Of a stretch of 64,000 nt of DNA, positions 12,627 through 25,577 are shown piece by piece. Both the position numbers and the translations under genes were made by a program. The notes under the pieces are model-generated. The model had not been told where the DNA came from. It did no database searches and saw nothing but the letters and a program-made list of their open reading frames with translations. Source of the DNA: Parasitella parasitica NRRL 2501 (Eukaryota > Fungi > Mucoromycota); assembly GCA_025201805.1 (NCBI GenBank), contig MU619253.1, forward strand, positions 2,202-66,201, given 5' to 3'. Position 1 is the stretch's first letter. Each line of letters begins with the position of its first letter.

Positions 12627-14540
12627 ATGCTGCTGGTTACCTTTGCAACCACTGTGATCGGCTGCAACGATATACGGTGCTGTATAGCCTCCTCGCACAA
12701 GATCAGGCACGCCAAACGCATAATCACGGCTGATGATTTGCATGAATTCGCCCTGGGGGTTTTCGTGTCCCAGTAACCAAACCACGTCGTTGCGCCATAC
12801 TTTGGCTAGACCGAATCCTTTTTCGCTCATATCATACGGATCTCGGGACCCCTTCATCACCATCGCAAGGTCACCACCGCCTACAAAGGTAATCTTGACT
12901 CGCGTGTGGATGATCAGCCTGATTTTATCCCAGAAACCAACCTTTTCTGAGGGGTCTACGGGCGGCTTTGTAAATGTGTCCATGACACGAGTGATATCCT
13001 GGATTGCAGGCTGGTATGGCACACACCAGCAGACATGCGAAAGCGCTGAATTGTGAACATTGATGTTTACAGTCGAAAAGAACTTGAGTGGAGTGGTTGT
13101 ACGAACTATGTCCATAGAGTAGCGAGCGTCGTTTTCGTCGACAACGTCCAAGTGGATGCTACGGGTAGCGTCTAGTTCACCTAGATCGTCGCCAAACACG
13201 TAGTTTCCAGAGAGGGTCCAAGCTGCAGTAGAATGGGGCACATCGTCCATGGTTGAGATGTCATTGTCCTGGGGATTACTCGCCAGTGGAGGCACTGAGA
13301 TGAACGGGATTGGGTAGTCGCGAAGCTGAGCCCATGTTTCCCCGGACTTCCAGTCCAAGTGGAACGGTATGATGGTGGACAGCGGTGTGTCTAGCGGCTG
13401 GCCCTTGCCGACATCAAAAATAAACTGTCTAGTCTGATCCAGCTCAAAATCAGGATGTCTAAAGTCCAGCGTTGTGTGTTTGATGGTTAAATCAAGCAAA
13501 GCCGGATACTTTGGCAGCTCAACAATGCGGATGCAAAACATTTCCGAGTAATAATGCGTCTTTTCGTCCTTGACAGGGTCGTCGAATACTTCATCCAGCT
13601 GTCCGCTCATCATGGCGTGTCGATAGTTGGCGCTTTGCATGCGGACGTAGGTGTTGTTTTCCTTGGAAAGCGCTGCGTCTATATGTCTCTTCCACGAATT
13701 GGAGTTGTGTTCTTGCAGCTTTTGCCAGGCTTCATTGACTCTAGCGTCAGCCTCCTCCTCGCTTGCATTAATAGACTCTACAGCGATAATGTCAGATGCC
13801 ATACACTCTGCAATCTTACAAGCCTTTTATCGCATGCGCACGTACCTTTATCCTTGTAGTCGCCTGTAGGCTGCATCAACGTCTGTGCTTTGATCTCAAA
13901 GGCATCCTCAATGGCAATACGATTTGCTTGCTCCAACAACCCCGTTTTCCAGATAGACCGAAGCCTTGCTTCAAACGGATCGTCCTCAAACTGCAAAGTG
14001 AGCAGATCACAAACCAGTCGCATATGAGGTATGACTGTAGGCGTTTTCTTTTCGTGAGGGCCAAAGTACAGAAACGAAACGCCTTTGGATACACGAGCAT
14101 GTGTTGCTTTGATCGCCTTGACGAGGGTTACCGTGCTGTCCACAAAATCACAGAGCTCGTAGCCGTATGGAATCCGCATGTACATTTTGGACATTGCCAG
14201 CTGGTTGGTCTTTGTAAGCTCGCCAGTGCTGAAATTTACGTCTTTTTCAATAGAAAACCGCATGTTATCGAGCTCAAACAGCTGATCCCAATGGTCTGGC
14301 TGTTGCGGGGAAACTCCAAACAATGTCAAATTTCGAATGGCCATAGGAGGCATCTCTCCACGGTGCTCTACTTGGTTATCCCATTGCATGCGAAGCGTAT
14401 CCATGCGCAAATACAATTCAGTTGTGCCAGGTAAGAATACATGCACATCAGTTCGATTGATTTGCAATTGAACCTTATGTAGTACCAGCTTTTTCCTCTG
14501 CTGTGACATGGTGGTATGCTGCTGCTGCTGCTGCTGCTGC

Positions 14541-14577
<37 letters not shown>

Positions 14578-17500
14578 GCTGTCGTTTCCGTATGTTCCTT
14601 TTAGAAAAAACCTGCTTTACTGCTTCCAGTGTGGACATTGCAGTAACAAGACAAGCATAGTGATTCGCGATGGAGTACTGAGCTCCGTTCTTCTTGACGA
14701 CGATAGAAGGGGCCAGCAGTATTTGTGCTGAATCCAGCAGCACCTCTGTGCGCGCGTTGATGTGAGATACCCACATAATCACTGCCTTTCTGTCTTCGTG
14801 CTGATGCCAATCATGCTCATCTACAATACCGTCTGATTTGAAAATACGCTCGATGATGAAATGCTGTACCGACAAACGGGCTGTGCCAAAAGGGATCTGC
14901 TGGCCTTTCAAAGCTGCGTCTTCTGCCAATGTTTCTTCTTGATCTAAATTTTCATTTTCTGTGCTCAATGTCGTTGCCGAGGCTGTGCTGAGACTAGGTT
15001 TATGGGCTCGGTTTCCACGAGTCGCAGTAGTAGCAAAGACTCGTGCGCCACTAAAGACCACATTGATTTGCTGTATAGAAGCAATAACACGGATATCCAT
15101 GTCTTTTTCGGGAGCATTGTCCAAGAAGCCATGAGGAACAGGTCTTTTGCCCTTCAATCCATGATCGACTCCCTCGAAGACGACAGCGGCATCCGTCAAC
15201 ATGACAGTAGTCTTCAAGACAGACATATAACCAAACTGGAGGTTGGTCGCAGCGGTGCCTTTAGTGTGTGCTGCTGCTGCTGCTGCTGCGCTGTGTTGCT
15301 GTCTGACTTGGCTGGAGACCTGTTCTACAATATTGATGGCCCAAAATTCCATCTGATTTTGTCCGTGGGCAGTCTTGGTCCACAGATTCAACACAGGGCG
15401 GTCAATGGCTATGTCTACGTTGATGCGGTGAGCCTCCGGATCCCAGATCACTCGAGTGCTCTGCTTGTTGGTATCATGCGCAAACCCGACATGAAGACGA
15501 GTGTGAGCATTGCATTCAAAATTGCCTACTGATGCCAGATAATTGGGATCGCCTATGTCGGGCGGGTGGTTTTTGGGCGGTGCAGGCCCTGTTTCAGAGA
15601 ATATGTCAAAGCATGTATTTTGCACTGCGAACCGCATCGATGTCTTGTAATACCACTCAACCGCCTGTTTGTCGGTTGATTCATTTGCCCCCTTTGATTT
15701 CCAGCTGCGTCTAAACAGATTGATCCACGATGGCCTTGATTGTGTTTGTTTGCGCTGTTGTACAGCACTGGAATTTGCTTGGTACTCCATATGTTCTTCA
15801 TGTGTCGTAGTAGTTGTGCTTGTGTTGGGCTCAGAGTAACGTGGGAGGACTGATGTAGGTCTGTTTTTCTGCACAGCGTACGATCCATTCACCTCAAAGG
15901 TAATGCCCGACCATGACACGATTCCCGAGTGCTTCGTTGTCGCACATCTGATCTGGATTGATGGTCTTTCGACACACACTGATATACTACCTCGTGGAGC
16001 GTTTTGGATCACTTTTTTCAGTTTTAATAGCTGCTGTTTCTGAACCTCCTCCTCCTCCTGCTGCTCTAATGCTGATGTTGGTAATTGAGTTCCTTCTTTG
16101 GATACTTTGAGTTTGGATAGCATACTTGCTTTTGCTACGTCTAAATATATCTTGGGTTCTTGTATGGTGAAAGTGACATCTACAAATTTCTTGTTTGGTC
16201 GTAAATCATTCCACATTACAGTATCAGCGCTGTCAAAATCATCGGGTAAGACATGTAGGCCAGTAATCAGGCCAGTTTCCTTTGCTGCTGCTGAACTAAT
16301 GACAGACTGTGATATGTTTACTGTAATTTTGAGCTGCGGCAAGTCTATCAATTGCAACTGACGACTCGTAAGTGGCAATGTCTTGTCGACGATCGTCCAG
16401 GAACTAGCTGATGAGCACTGTATTTTGTAGTATGGATCAACACCATGTACGTAGCACTCTGAAATGCCGGAAATGTGGAATCCTTGCAACTTGAGTATGC
16501 TAGAGCACATGAGCTGGTGTTGTGTTTCGACTGTGATGGTATCAATAGATAGTGCAACAGAGCGAAAAAGCTGAATCATGCTGGATCTATGCTGTGCTGG
16601 TGACTGATCTGCTACTGTCACTACTAACGGATCGACAACTTTGTGTTTTGGAATTGAATTTGCACTCTTGCTGATGTTGCTTATCAAATCCATCAAAGGA
16701 CTGAATTTGACTGCAATAGAACCCATATGGGTATTCACATCTATGTCCTTGAGTGTCACACAAGCAGCAGAGAAGTGACAGGAAATCACAATGTTTCCAC
16801 CTGACGGCAAGGCTAGCATGTCTGTCAATTCAGGCGTTTCTCCAGTAACAGACACCTCTCCCATATTAACCGTGATCTCAAAAAACTTTTCCTTGAACAA
16901 ATGTTGTGCCCGCTTCAATGAATGTCTCTGATGGCTCGACCTCATTGAAAATCTGTTGTTTTCTCGCAAGACACGGTGATGTTGCTGCTCCGCTGGAAAC
17001 GGAGGTGCTGAAGAGGTGCAATTATTGAGCATTTCGCGAGGGAGAGTGACATCCGCAAAAAGGATCGAGCTAAAGTTGATATGCTGTACCTTGATCGAAG
17101 CATGTCGTTCAATAGTGATGGCAAGCTGATCAATCTGGACATCAACATAGTTTGCTAATCCAGACATTAAAAGCTGCGCTGGCAGTGCTGAGGTATATTT
17201 GATGATTTGCTTGACTATCGAAAGAGAATACCACCAAGGAATTTTCTTCAAAGATGAGCTGACACGAGAAAGGTTACGATTCAGCTTGTTTGCTCTTGCT
17301 ACTTTTTTGTGAAGTCGACGTGCGGCCGCCAAGGCAGCTATACTGTGAAGTTGGACATGAATGTCAGCAATGTAGATCGAAATGTAAGGTGTGGGAGATG
17401 ATAGTGTAGGCCTGTTACGAAGTCGAAGCTTGAGTTTTCCTACTTTGACGGACCAAAGTGCAGTTTCCGACGATTTATGGTGGTGATATTGTATGTTGCT

Positions 17501-17626
17501 GATTGAGAAAAAGCCAATACGGCCAAAACAAAAGTGGAATCGAAGCGCCAGAATAGATCGTATACATAGTCTAAGTATCCAAAATCCAAGAATGATTAAA
17601 GCATAATGATACAAGCTGTAAGCCAT
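7826..17626 (-). CDS. FMP27: FMP27/Hobbit (BLTP2/KIAA0100 family) bridge-like lipid transfer protein; multi-exon
   Basis: N-terminal hydrophobic anchor, 'FEDDPFEARL', 'NSNSWKRHI' (SW region), 'VGFWDKIRL' (GFWDK domain), Apt1-like region 'LVDLLNPQISLQSD...PVGGIPVIQHLEINLHP...MKKRASSNR' and 'LEFRNETWSW'. Spans ORFs 13778-17626, 12123-13802, 11347-12183, 11096-11332, 8698-11088 and smaller 3' exons. Confidence 0.92.
14517..14581 (-). repeat. CAA/CAG microsatellite encoding a poly-Gln tract within FMP27
   Basis: (tgc)n(tgt)n run on + strand, translated as about 21 Q in the FMP27 first exon. Confidence 0.9.
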
Positions 17627-17982
17627 GATGTATATGAGCTTTTTACTATGTTTTTTTTTATTTTCTATTTTTGCAACTGCTAATTTCAGATAAGCGGAAA
17701 TAAAATAGTATATTAATGCATGGAATCAAACGTTGTTATCAAATGGTTTACTTGTTTTTTATCGAATTTCTTGTTGTAAAGATATTTCGTGATAAGTAAA
17801 GAAAAAGAACGAGTGTAATAAGAGAACGAGGCAAAGTCGAGAAAAGGTACTTTAAAATATCCATAATTAGAAGATGCCAACATGCCCCGAAGAAGAGTTA
17901 AAATTTCGGCGTTCTAACAAAATACACTGCAAACTGCATATTGAAAAAACGAAATGTTGATCACAATCAAGTGTTTATTGCT

Positions 17983-20161
17983 TTAGAGTGGTACAACGGC
18001 TAATGGGTTTTGGATAGAGTAGCCGTTGAGGATCATATCAGCCCAGACAAACGCTCCAAAGCTGAATACATTCAAGTTAAATACAGATGGATACGCTTCA
18101 TTGAAAGCAGGTATCAGAGAATCATACAATTCTTTTAATTCCGCTTGATCTTCGTTTTTAACAGATGTTGCACTGCCACTAATTAACGCTGTTATTAGGA
18201 GCATTTACAGGAATGTGATATAGGAGGATTTGTATTTTACCTTTGTGCAACTGTTACTCGATCGAAAAAGTGTCTAAATTTACTCTCAGGCTTGGAGTTT
18301 TCTCTCACTAAGCACAGCATCATGACGATATCAGCTTCTTCCTCTACTTCAAAGTTCTTGGATATGATGGCAGCAAATGCAGCATCGTTGTTCAATACGC
18401 GTTTGGTTGTCATGACGACCGTATCCAAGGTAACAAATTCATTGTCAGTCAGTTCAATGCTTGGGTCTTGTTGGAAATACAAAGGGTTCACGATGCTCAA
18501 AAATGGTGCTAAGGGAGCAATTTTGCCTTCCTTTTCTTCTTGATACATTCGCTGGATCAAACTACGTTTCATCTCCTCGATTTTCTTGATTGTAATATCG
18601 AGGATATCCTCTTGACCTGAATTATTTTTTATTTTTTTGAGAAATTAGTAAAAACTTTCTCAAGACAGCTGCACTATATACTGAACCTGCTCTATACATG
18701 AGGGCAAACTTTTGCCAGTACGGAATATGCTGTTTCTCCAATTGAACGGATTCTAATGCATAAAGTTTGCCTTTGAAAAGTGAAAGTGTCATGGAGATCA
18801 TTGTGATTTCGTTTCTGTAGCCTACAAAGTCTAGCAGATTGCCATCTGTACACGTGGCGTAATGTTCAGTCTCAATACCGTTCATTACAAGAACTCGCAT
18901 CAACTTGAGAAAGGGTTTAGGCAAGTTGTTTCTATGAAAGTAAAATGTAAGAGGATCGGCATTGCCGGATGACACTTGACATTGCTTTAAAATGCTAAGC
19001 TTGGTCTCTTGGTTGGGATCTTGAGAGAAATTTGGTTTGATTGCAATGTGATCAAATTCATTGTACTATTAGACATGTATAATATTAGTCTTTTATAACT
19101 GATTGACTGTGTGTATTTTACTTCGAAACAAAAGCCATAGCCCAGAAGCACTGTGCATTGATTAATGTTAGCATGAGTAATTTCAATAACTGCAGCCACT
19201 CCTTCATTTTCTGCAATCAACTCAATTCCCCCTTTCATTATCCCCCTTTTTTTTTCTTTTTTTTTTAGACCTTACACTCTTCATTCGACTGTGTACATCA
19301 TAAAAATACTCATCAGTAATTATGAATACGGGTTGGATTCAGATTCTAACTATTTACCTTCGGCCCATAATTATTGAATATCTCATCACCAGTGTCGATT
19401 ACTTGGCCAGCGACAAAAGACAATGAGCCAGTTTCAGCATCGCCATCTCTCGACCAAGTTATCTTGGTATTAGGTTTATGATTCAATGCATCTACAAGAG
19501 GAAATAATACTTCAGATGAATCTTGAAATGTTGGATCAATCAGAGTATATGGAAATGCTCTAGAAGAAAAAACACTATAGCCCCACAAAAAATCCTCCCT
19601 AACGACATGTGAATATCAAATTCATGCAATAAAAACTAGACTCCTACCATGTAATGTCGTTTTTATCAATTTCTTCTGGCAAATGCTCCAAAAGCTTCTC
19701 GAAATCAAGGAATAATGCAGCTTTACGTTCTCGTGTAGTGGATTCAAGATTGGTATTCTGAATAAATCGCATGTCATGCTCGTCAAAAATCAATGGCGTT
19801 TTGATAACTTTTGGCAAAATGTTAATATATGGCCAGTAAAACGAATCTTCTCGCAAATGTCTTTGTAAAAGCAAGTAAAGTGTCTGCACAACACGTCCGG
19901 AGAAAGAGCCCAAGTCTGGAAGTGCTTTACGGGCCAGTTTCTCGGTTATACATAGCTTGAAAGGTACTGCGGCAAAGTTCTCGTTTTCTTCTACTCTTTG
20001 AGTGGTGTAAACGCAACCAACGCCTTGACTATCTACAGAAGAGTTAGGACTTTTCTTTATCAACAAGTTTCGCATAGACCATGTTTGAATTCAATCTTTT
20101 TGAAGCTTCCGCCATTGGCTTCAATCCAATTTAAATAGGTTTTCATTGCTGTTTCTTCCAT
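17983..20161 (-). CDS. SET-domain lysine methyltransferase (SETD3/Rubisco-LSMT/RKM-like); multi-exon
   Basis: 'YLNWIEANGG', 'SFYWPYINILP', 'WGYSVFSSRAF', 'LFPLVDALNH', 'EIFNNYGPK|SNEELLLGYGF', then a Rubisco-LSMT-like substrate-binding region. Confidence 0.88.
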
Positions 20162-21088
20162 TTTGAGAGTGCCAAATATTTTATTTGGTTTTAAAGCAAA
20201 AGGTTTACCATCAACATGAGGACTGGTAATTGAAGTTTTCGGACCAAATGTCATTACACGTTAATGATCTGTTATATCTCACCTCGGGGCGATAGACTCT
20301 CGCATGACATCATTTGATATGTCTATAATGGATTAAATAATTTTCATACTGTACTAGGCACCTGCTCTAGAAAAAAAATCAGTTTATTTGTAAAGATAAG
20401 CAAGCATACCAACAGTTGATAGTTGTAGAAGAGTGATGACAGCATTGATATTCTGCTTTTATGCTTGCACGTTCAAAAGAAACATACCAAATAAATTTAA
20501 TAGACCCTACTCTACGATTGATTGATACAATGTAATTTACAGCCTCTGTTAATAATCCTTTTAAACTTGACAAATGCTATACATAGATTAGAACGGTTTG
20601 GCATTTGATTGTTTTAGAGCTAGATGTTTCGATGAAATGTTGCTCAATTTCAGCCCAAGAGAGATCTACTCATTGGTATCTTGATTATGTTGATTGATTC
20701 TCAACGCTGACAATATTCATGTAATTGATTATATTGTGACTAAACAATCATTAAAGCTGATTTAGACAATGATAATAGAATTGGATTATTGTATGGACTT
20801 GTACCGCTGATTTTTTTCGATTATGTACAATGCCGACAAAAGGCTGTTTTCAAAATAAAAGCTGTAATGATACAATAGAGATGCCAATCATATATTCATT
20901 CTCTCCAAGTGAAACTTTTCATGCTTATCATGGAAGTGAGTGATGCGGAGACTAAACAGTAAAAATTTTGGGTGTGTGTGTGTGGTCGTTTTGTTGGTAG
21001 TCAAAGCGATTGAAAGCTGCAGAACTCGTTGTTTTCCTTCATAGACTTTTTTTATATGCTATATATATATTATAATTTATATTAATAA

Positions 21089-22100
21089 ATGCAAAAATCA
21101 CATAGTGGGCAAATAGTTATTCCATTGAAAGCTCCTTCTGTCATTCCTATTGTTGATCCAACATTAGATGGAGAAGCTACCGAAAAAACAACCAAAGTTG
21201 TGTTAAAACCGCCAATAAAAGGTTATAATATATCGTACTTTGTTGTTGTGATGTTGATATTTGTGCTGATTGATCTATTTTCTAGGCAGCATCAACTCGA
21301 AACGACTTTGTAGAAACGTTATTATTCACGGCTATTGTAAATATGAAGGAAAAGGTTGTGAGTTCAATCATGATGATACGGTGTGTATTTGATACTATAG
21401 TCATATGTGAATAACTTATTTTCTTGTTCAGCAAAAGCCTACTTCTCCTCAAAGAAGCCCTGAAAAGTGAGTTTTCCTTCTTGCGTATTATATGAAAGTT
21501 GCAATGTAATATTGATATGGCTTAAATCTAGCAAAAGCAAAAACCGTAATCTCGCAACGCTTCCATTTCAAGCTGTTTCGTCAGTGTCGGCAGACAGTGT
21601 CAACGCACCTGAATTTGTTCCTAGGTTTACAGTTGGTACTTGTTTACAACCTGTTCTGTTTTTGATATCTTTATATTTAATACGTTTTATTTCAGATTCT
21701 GGTGCTGCTTCCCCACTAACAAAGAGAGGTATTACATGAACTAATTGTTTACAATCATTAGTTTTCTTACAATTTTGATAGACTCAGTTGCGATCGATAG
21801 CGCTATATTAGATCCTTCTACAACGTAAGTTTTATCAAAAAAGAATATTGAATTCACTAAGCTTTATAATATTGACATCGTTCGTTAGAATACAACAACA
21901 TTCTTCTCAACCTGAACAGCTCAGCATGTCCCCCGTTATTAATGGATTTTCTCAATTTGGATTATCAAATGATGTAAGAAGGATTCTGAATCATGTAACT
22001 ACGATACTGAATTTACTATTAGACAAATGTGAACACGCCATCTCAACAACAACAACAACAACAACAACAGCAGCAGCAGCAGCAACAACAACAACAACAA

Positions 22101-22138
<38 letters not shown>

Positions 22139-24029
22139 ACAGCAGCATCATCAACAGCAACTACAACAAACGCAGCAGCAGCATCAATCTCCTTCTCAAA
22201 TGTTGGTAGGACTTGGCATGGTCCCACCCACTCAAATGGATCAATTCTTTCACATGAATCAACAGCCCTTGTATCCTAGGCAACCAGTGAGTTTATACAA
22301 GTTTAGTTGCCATGGTAATCAAGTAATTAAATATTGTCATAGCTACAACATCATTTGTATTCGGCTCCTTTGCCTCATGTCAGTAGTTTATCTTCACATC
22401 AGCGAACAATCCAATCGTTTTTTATCCCTGATAGCCTGCGAGAGCAATTGACACAACGAAATGAAGCACAATTAATGGCTGCTCCGGGTATATATATGCT
22501 TATCAGTTGGAAAAGAAAAATGAATTGCTGATTTTTATGGTACCCATTTAGCTCGTGAATTGGGCTTACCAATGGAAGTGCATGTTTATCACTCTCTTTA
22601 TCCTTTAGAGGCACACGGGGAAAAGACAAGTTCATTTTATGGAAATCCGTCAATTATCTATAAAGCAACTTGCAGTGTAGATGGGCGCACATATGCATTA
22701 GTTCGTATTGAAGGATTTAGGTTGTCAAATGAGCTGGCCATGCAAGTGGTCGAAGCATGGCGTCGTATTCGTCATTGCAATATTGTCTCGATTCGCGAAG
22801 CATTCACCACTCGAGCTTTTGGTGATTCATGTAAGATACATTCTCCGCCATGCATTGTTGTCTATTTGCTAAGTGGAATTTTGTAGCATTGATTTTTGCT
22901 TATGATTACCATCCTTGCTCAACATCTATATACTCAACATATTTTACACCGCAAGGCCAGGCAGCCTTATATAATTCTCAACTCCAACAACCAAATGGCA
23001 ATCCACATTTGATTCCTGAAAAGACTATATGGAGCTATATTACTCAAATTGCATCTGCTTTAAAAGCAGTTCATGGATCAGGTTTAGCGGCTAGGGTAAT
23101 TGATCCAAAGAAAGTTTTGATTACAGGCAAGAATAGGTACGATTATACGAAATTATTCTATTTTATTGTGTTTTAATAGCTGCGTGAGTAGAATACGATT
23201 AAGTGGGGCGAGTGTTTTGGATGTACTACAGTATGATGGAGTATTGAATGTCGCACGGCACCAACAAGAAGATCTCTTATCGTTTGGCAAGCTAATCATT
23301 ACATTAGCTTGCAATTCACTTCAGTCTTTTACTGATATTTCTCAATCTTTTGAATACATTGCTCGATTCTATTCACTGGATTTGAAGAACGTAATTTTGT
23401 ATCTACTCAGTAAACCATTGCCAACAAAGAACATTGATGAAGTTATCGTAATGATTGGTCCTCATATCTTACATGAAATCAACTGCAGTCAATTGTAAGT
23501 AATCTTGATCTGTATCTAGTCATATTTAACTCAAATTATCTCAGTTATAATGACGAATTAGAAAGTGAGCTGTCTAGAGAATTAGAAAACGGTCGGCTTG
23601 TTCGACTGATGGCTAAAATGGGATTTATCAATGAGAGGCCAGAGTAAGTAGCCTTTGAAATTAAGTATAAGTGCGACTCTAAGATTGTTTTATTATTACC
23701 AGGTTTGATATGGATCCTGGATGGTCAGAGACTGGCGATCGTTACTTGATCAAGCTTTTCCGAGACTATGTGTTCCATCAAGTGGACGAACATGGTCGAC
23801 CCGTAGTAGACATGGTCCATGTGTTGACTTGTCTCAATAAGGTGATTTTTTTTTATTTTTGCGAGTTTAATGAGAATTACTAACAATGCCAGTATAGTTG
23901 GATGCAGGTGTAGAGGAAAAGATCATGTTAATGTCAAGAGACGAACAATCTTGCCTTATCGTGAGTTTTAAGGAAATTAAAAACTGCATTATATCGGCCT
24001 TCAATGACTTGACTTCAGGTAGAAAATAA
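21089..24029 (+). CDS. PAN3: PAN2-PAN3 deadenylase subunit PAN3; multi-exon
   Basis: CCCH finger '[21 protein letters not shown]', PAM2 motif 'SVNAPEFVP', pseudokinase '[33 protein letters not shown]', C-terminal '[45 protein letters not shown]'. Confidence 0.95.
22044..22187 (+). repeat. CAA/CAG microsatellite encoding a long poly-Gln tract in PAN3
   Basis: More than 30 consecutive Q codons followed by [13 protein letters not shown]. Confidence 0.9.
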
Positions 24030-25577
24030 CAAAAAAACAAAAAAAAAAACTTGAAAACAAATAAAAAAAGACTCTTTTATAAAACAATATGAATACAAGA
24101 ACACAGCAAAATAAACACAATCCAGCGAGTAATAGAGTGTATAACTGCTTCGTTTGGTTTTGTAATTCCCATTCAAGTTTCCAATTTTTGAGAAGTCGGC
24201 GTAAAATCAAGTATATCTCATTTTCAATAACTAATTAAAAATATATAGAAGCTTTAGAAAACTATGAAAAAAAATACGTGCGTATGCAACAAAGCGTGAA
24301 ATAAATGGTCATGTATTTTGATTTGAAATAAGAGCTCTTTCAACAGAGTAAATCATGTTGAAAGTCGGGCGAAATAGCTTGAATCAACCAAATTAGGAGA
24401 TTCGAAATCCAAAAAAGGCGATTTTTTAAGCTGTACACTCCGTTCTAATTAATTAATAATATGTTAACTTGTGCTAAAATGATCGTAGAACCGAGATCTA
24501 ACTTAGCGCTATCTGGAAACAACATTGGCTTTCATGTTATCATTGATATCTATGTAATTATCAGTTGAAAGCACAAATTTTTACATATCAAAATTGCATA
24601 TAATCGTTGGTAGGCTGTGATAAAACCAAATTAAAGCCTGTCTTTATACGCCATCAAATCAGGCGTGATCATTGCTATCTGAGCATAATTCGATTTCCAC
24701 TGAGCAATGACTTTGTCAAAATCTGTCAGCAAAAACATGTTTTATTTTCATAATTTCACTCATTTGGTCACAACTTCTGCTAAAAAAATCGTATGAGATG
24801 ACAAAATATAGTTGTCTAGAGTAATAAGGGTTGAATAATGTATTGTGCTACCTGGGCCATTACTATACATATGCAACATACGTGGATGTTACTGGACAAG
24901 TAGCAACTGACAGCAAGGTATATGAGATAAATTTATGGTGATAAATTCCTTTATGATGATAGATGTTGATTCGAAGTGACAGATCAATTGTGATAGTAAA
25001 CACCAAGTAGGCTTTTAATTATGGTATTAATTAAGATCATCAGAATAAGAACCAGATACCTTCACTAAGGTTCCAATGTCTGGTAAGAAATAAGTCTATA
25101 TTTATATTAACTGGATGTTTCATATAAAATAAAAGACTTCATGAAATGTTAATCATTACACCTTAAAACCGATATCCGACTTGGAAAACATAGTCTTGAC
25201 TTGATGCTATCTGGCAAAAACAGTTGTATAGATGTTTTTATTGGAATTTATTAGGTTATCAATAGAGAACACAGAATTTCGTACCAAAAAATACGTATGA
25301 TGAACGCCGTAACATCACATTGAATATTTGGAATCATATGAATTTAAATGATCCATTTTGGTGGTGACTTACACAATTTGATTTCAAGTGAACCCTCTTT
25401 GCTGGGTATCTGGTCTAATAGTGAAAAATCGGCGCAGCTTTTATCTTCCCTTGCTTGCAAGATACGACGAAGCTTGCAAGTATATCGAAAAATCGAATAG
25501 ATCTTTTTTGCTTGAAAAAATTGAAAATTTCTTTATTCATTACAAAAATCAAGTAGTTTGAAATATTATGTGGTATA

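Noticed and set aside
8783-16361. Many + strand ORFs of 60-212 aa, including poly-Leu and poly-Cys peptides
   Set aside because: Antisense to FMP27 exons. The homopolymer peptides are other-frame readings of poly-Q and poly-A codons.
24030-25570. 1.5-kb AT-rich gap with a repeated GCTTGCAAG near 25453-25480
   Set aside because: No ORF, TIR pair or RNA-gene pattern recognised. A 9-bp repeat is within chance expectation.
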